From Pseudogymnoascus verrucosus (Eukaryota): a DNA stretch of 64,000 nucleotides. Both the position numbers and the translations under genes were made by a program. The stretch is taken from assembly GCA_001662655.1 (NCBI GenBank), contig KV460258.1; one strand, 5' to 3'. Positions 61,184-64,000 of this stretch are shown one piece after another. The notes under the pieces were generated by a model. That model saw nothing but the letters and a program-made list of their open reading frames with translations, was not told the origin of the DNA and ran no database searches. Numbering within the stretch: position 1 is the first letter of the stretch; each line of letters opens with the position of its first letter.

Positions 61184-62139
61184 ATGCGCTTCTCCCCAAC
61201 GACCCTCGCCGTATCGGCCACCCTGGCCAGCCTCGCCAGTGCGCTCTCCTCCTCCCTTCAGCAGGTCACAGCCTTCAACGATGGACCTACTAAAGCCGGC
61301 ATGTACGTTTACGTGCCGAGCGGCGTGTCCGGACCTGCGCCCATCATAGTAGCAATCCACTACTGCACCGGCACTGCCAATGCCTACTTCAGCAACACCC
61401 AATACGCCAATCTAGCTGACACCCACGGCTTCATCGTGATCTACCCCAACGCGCCCTCCTCCGGCGGCTGCTGGGACGTCGCCTCGACTGCCTCGCTCAC
61501 CCACAATGGTGGCGGTGACAGCTTGACTATCGTCAACATGGTTAAGTACGCTGTGGCCAACTTCGGCGGTGATGCGGACCGCGTGTACGCCACCGGCTCC
61601 AGCTCTGGCGCTATGATGACCAATGTCCTTGCCGGCGCCTACCCGGATGTCTTCAAGGCCGGATCTTCCTACTCGGGCGTTCCGGATGGATGCTTCTACG
61701 TTGCAGGCGCGCAGCCGGGCCAGGATACCCCAGGCTGGAACAGCCAGTGCTCGGGCGGCACCTTGATCAAGTCCGCGCAGGAGTGGGGTGACCAGGTTCG
61801 CAGCTACTACCCAGGATACACCGGGTCGTACCCCAAGATGTTGATGTAAGTCCCCCTTTTCCCCACAAGAGTTTGTATGAAATGGCGGGGTTGACCTTTT
61901 CATGTAGCTGGCACGGAACTGCTGACACCACGCTTGCTTACCCCAACTACGCCGAAGCTCTGAAGCAGTGGTCCAATGTTCTGGGCGTCTCGCAGACGGC
62001 GACGAACCAGAACACCCCCGATGCTGGCTACACGCAGTCGGTTTATGGTACTACGCTTGTTGGATACTCTGGCCAGGGCGTGGGACACACTGTTCCTGTC
62101 CATGAGGCGGTCGACCTTGCTTGGTTTGGCATTGCTTAG
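61184..62139 (+). CDS. Secreted acetylxylan esterase, CE1 (no CBM1)
   Basis: Signal peptide; MYVYVP, IIVAIHYCTGTA, GFIVIYP, CWDV...SLTHNGGGDS, TGSSSGAMMTNV, WHGTADTTL, GVGHTVP. Intron about 61846-61907. Confidence 0.93.
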
Positions 62140-62360
62140 GTCGGGGGTGATGGAGCCGAAAAGCTATCTGTGCATATGTATACAGCGTACATATTGATGG
62201 GAATTAAGCAGCCATAGGCAACCTATGGACTGTCTTGTTTTACATAACCAGGTTAACTTGCTTATTTTAATGAGGTCGATTTTATACAACATGCGCTTTA
62301 GTATATCTCTCCGTATAAAATCTATTACTTCGAAGTAGATACGCGCAAATACTATGCGAT

Positions 62361-62485
62361 AACTCGATGGCATTGAACTCGGCGGCATTAAACCCGATAG
62401 GGCATTGTCCTCGATACGGCATTAACCTCGATACGGGGTTGGCCTCGATACGGTGCCATTAACTCGATACGACATTGAACCTAGC
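62361..62485. repeat. Minisatellite, ~15-19 bp unit (aactcgatacggcatt), about 7 copies
   Basis: Recurring ctcgatacgg...catt units. Confidence 0.75.
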
Positions 62486-62531
62486 ATAAGCCTCTTAAAC
62501 AAAACCCATCAGACGACTTCTGGTCTTGTAG

Positions 62532-62795
62532 TAGAACACGTCCGGTCATGCGGAACACATCTGGTTTTCAGAACACGTCTAGCTTTGCAGAACATGTTCG
62601 GCCTTTACTAAGGAATGTACTCTTAGCCCTGCGAAGGAAGGTGCGTTTGGCACTGCGGAGGAAAGTGCATTCGGCCATGTAAACAAAGTGCGTTTGACCT
62701 TGCGAAGGCAGCCACGTTTGGCATTGCGAAGGAAGGTGCGTTTGGCATCGCATAAATCGCGTCTGGCCTTGCAGGACACGTTTAGTCTTGCAAAG
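62532..62795. repeat. Minisatellite, 19-24 bp degenerate units (agaacacgtctggccttgc / gaaggaaggtgcgtttggcattgc), about 12 copies
   Basis: Direct repeats such as gaaggaaggtgcgtttggca at about 62633 and 62728; flanking shorter units gaacacgtc. Confidence 0.75.
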
Positions 62796-63274
62796 GCGCG
62801 ACTCGCATGTCGAACTCAACATGTCGACCGAACAGGTCTTTGGGTTTTTGCGCAAATTCGCAAGGTTTTAGACAGATATGCGCGCGTCGTTTCGCGGAGC
62901 CTCGCGGAGCAGTTGTCGTCTTGTAGGGAAGGGCCTTAGTTCCGCGAGGCAGTGTTTAGTGTTTGGCTCCTGAGGATGCATATACCATAAATAGGGGTAA
63001 GGGGTTAGTCAGTAGTGGCTTGCAACACAATATTCACGCTTCACATCACCGCACTGCATGTTTGTGGCACAATTTGATGGGGTATCCGAAAACGCCAAAC
63101 ATTATCATTGCACGTAGCACAAGCACGATCTAAAACCCAAGGCTGCCACCGCAGCCGCAAATGCACCCCGCGATCGCCATCGCCCCGTCCCCACGACGCC
63201 TCATCCAAACGCATTACTTTCCCCCCGCCAACGACCCCCCTAGTAGGAGCCAAGGCGCACCCCATCATTATCCC

Positions 63275-64000
63275 TCACCACGCGGTGTGTCCACCATCAA
63301 TGACGAGCTCGCTGCCCGTCATGAAGGTGCTCGCATCACTGAGCAAGAACAGTGCCGCGCCCTTGAACTCCTCCGGGGAGCTGAGACGGCCCATCATGTT
63401 CTCGCGCGCCCACAGGGCCTCGAGATGTGGCTCGTCATCGAAGTTCTGCTGCACCATCGGTGTCACAATGTGACCCGGGGACAAGCTGTTAACGCGGATT
63501 CCGTGTGGTGCCCACTCCATAGCCAAGTTCTTGCCGAGCTGGATAACAGCGGCCTTGCTGGAGTTGTAGACGGACGAAATGAGCCCCTTGTTCGCGATCT
63601 TCCCCGACATGCTAGCAACGAGCATGATGTTTCCAGGGGTCTTGTGGGCGATCATCTGGCGAGCAGCCGCGGCAGCCGCGAACATCACACCGCCGTAGTT
63701 AACGTCCATCATCTCGCGCATGTGCTCCTGCGAGTAGTCGATCGCAGGCTGCACGCGCTGGATGCCCGCGGCGGCGATGAGGCCGTCCAGGCGGGAGTTC
63801 TGGGCCGCGATGGTAGCGAATGTGGCCTCCATCTGGGGAACATCGCGCACATCGACCTGCGAGTAGTGCAGCGAGCCGACGCACTCGGTGTCAGCGGCCG
63901 CGCGGGCCTGTGCCTCGAGGAAATCGGGGCCGGCTTCAGGGCGGCAGTCGAGGCAGTGGACTGTAGTTTCGCCGCGTTAGTTTAATTGTGGGGCGGGTTT
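63275..64000 (-). CDS. Short-chain dehydrogenase (D-arabinitol/mannitol/sorbose reductase-like), 3' part; 5' end beyond the window
   Basis: VHCLD, RLDGLIAAAGI, VASMSG, YNSSK catalytic motif, IRVNSLSPGHIVTPM, FMTGSELVIDGGHTAW; intron acceptor at 63961. Confidence 0.9.

Noticed and set aside
62361..62795. CRISPR-like appearance of the repeat arrays
   Set aside because: Units are degenerate and contiguous with no unique spacers, no cas genes are present, and the DNA is eukaryotic.
63161..63985. 274-aa plus-strand ORF
   Set aside because: Antisense shadow of the GC-rich SDR gene.
1..64000. Starship captain, transposase/retroelement ORFs, tRNA/rRNA genes, PKS/NRPS backbone
   Set aside because: None recognised by eye; no tyrosine-recombinase, DDE, RT or cloverleaf signatures seen. 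Dedicated scans would be needed to exclude small relics.

Overview
Eukaryotic, intron-rich genomic DNA from a filamentous ascomycete (Pezizomycotina-type genes, short GT-AG introns with CTRAC branch points). About 27 apparently intact protein-coding genes can be reconstructed by hand. The left end holds core genes (MCM4, coatomer zeta, SUA5). A long run of metabolic and transport genes follows: GH93 arabinanase, dimeric alpha/beta-barrel protein, PLP aminotransferase, SDR, P450, PTH11-like membrane protein, threonine aldolase, three MFS transporters, FMO, VIT1/CCC1, secreted phosphoesterase, GH30, two bZIP-DUF3425 factors, MpaB-like oxygenase, ankyrin protein, hydrolases and CE1 acetylxylan esterase. 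The most unusual part is an accessory, partly decayed island at about 53-60.5 kb. It holds a tandem duplication encoding short ORFs with three copies of a two-repeat motif resembling the HET-s prion-forming (HRAM-type amyloid) domain. These lie directly upstream of a fungal NLR (TPR-type) pseudogene whose six stop codons all fit RIP-type CpA>TpA changes. A small cysteine-rich secreted protein gene and a strongly self-complementary ~170-nt non-coding element follow. All family assignments come from recognising motifs by eye, no database searches were run, and exon boundaries are manual.
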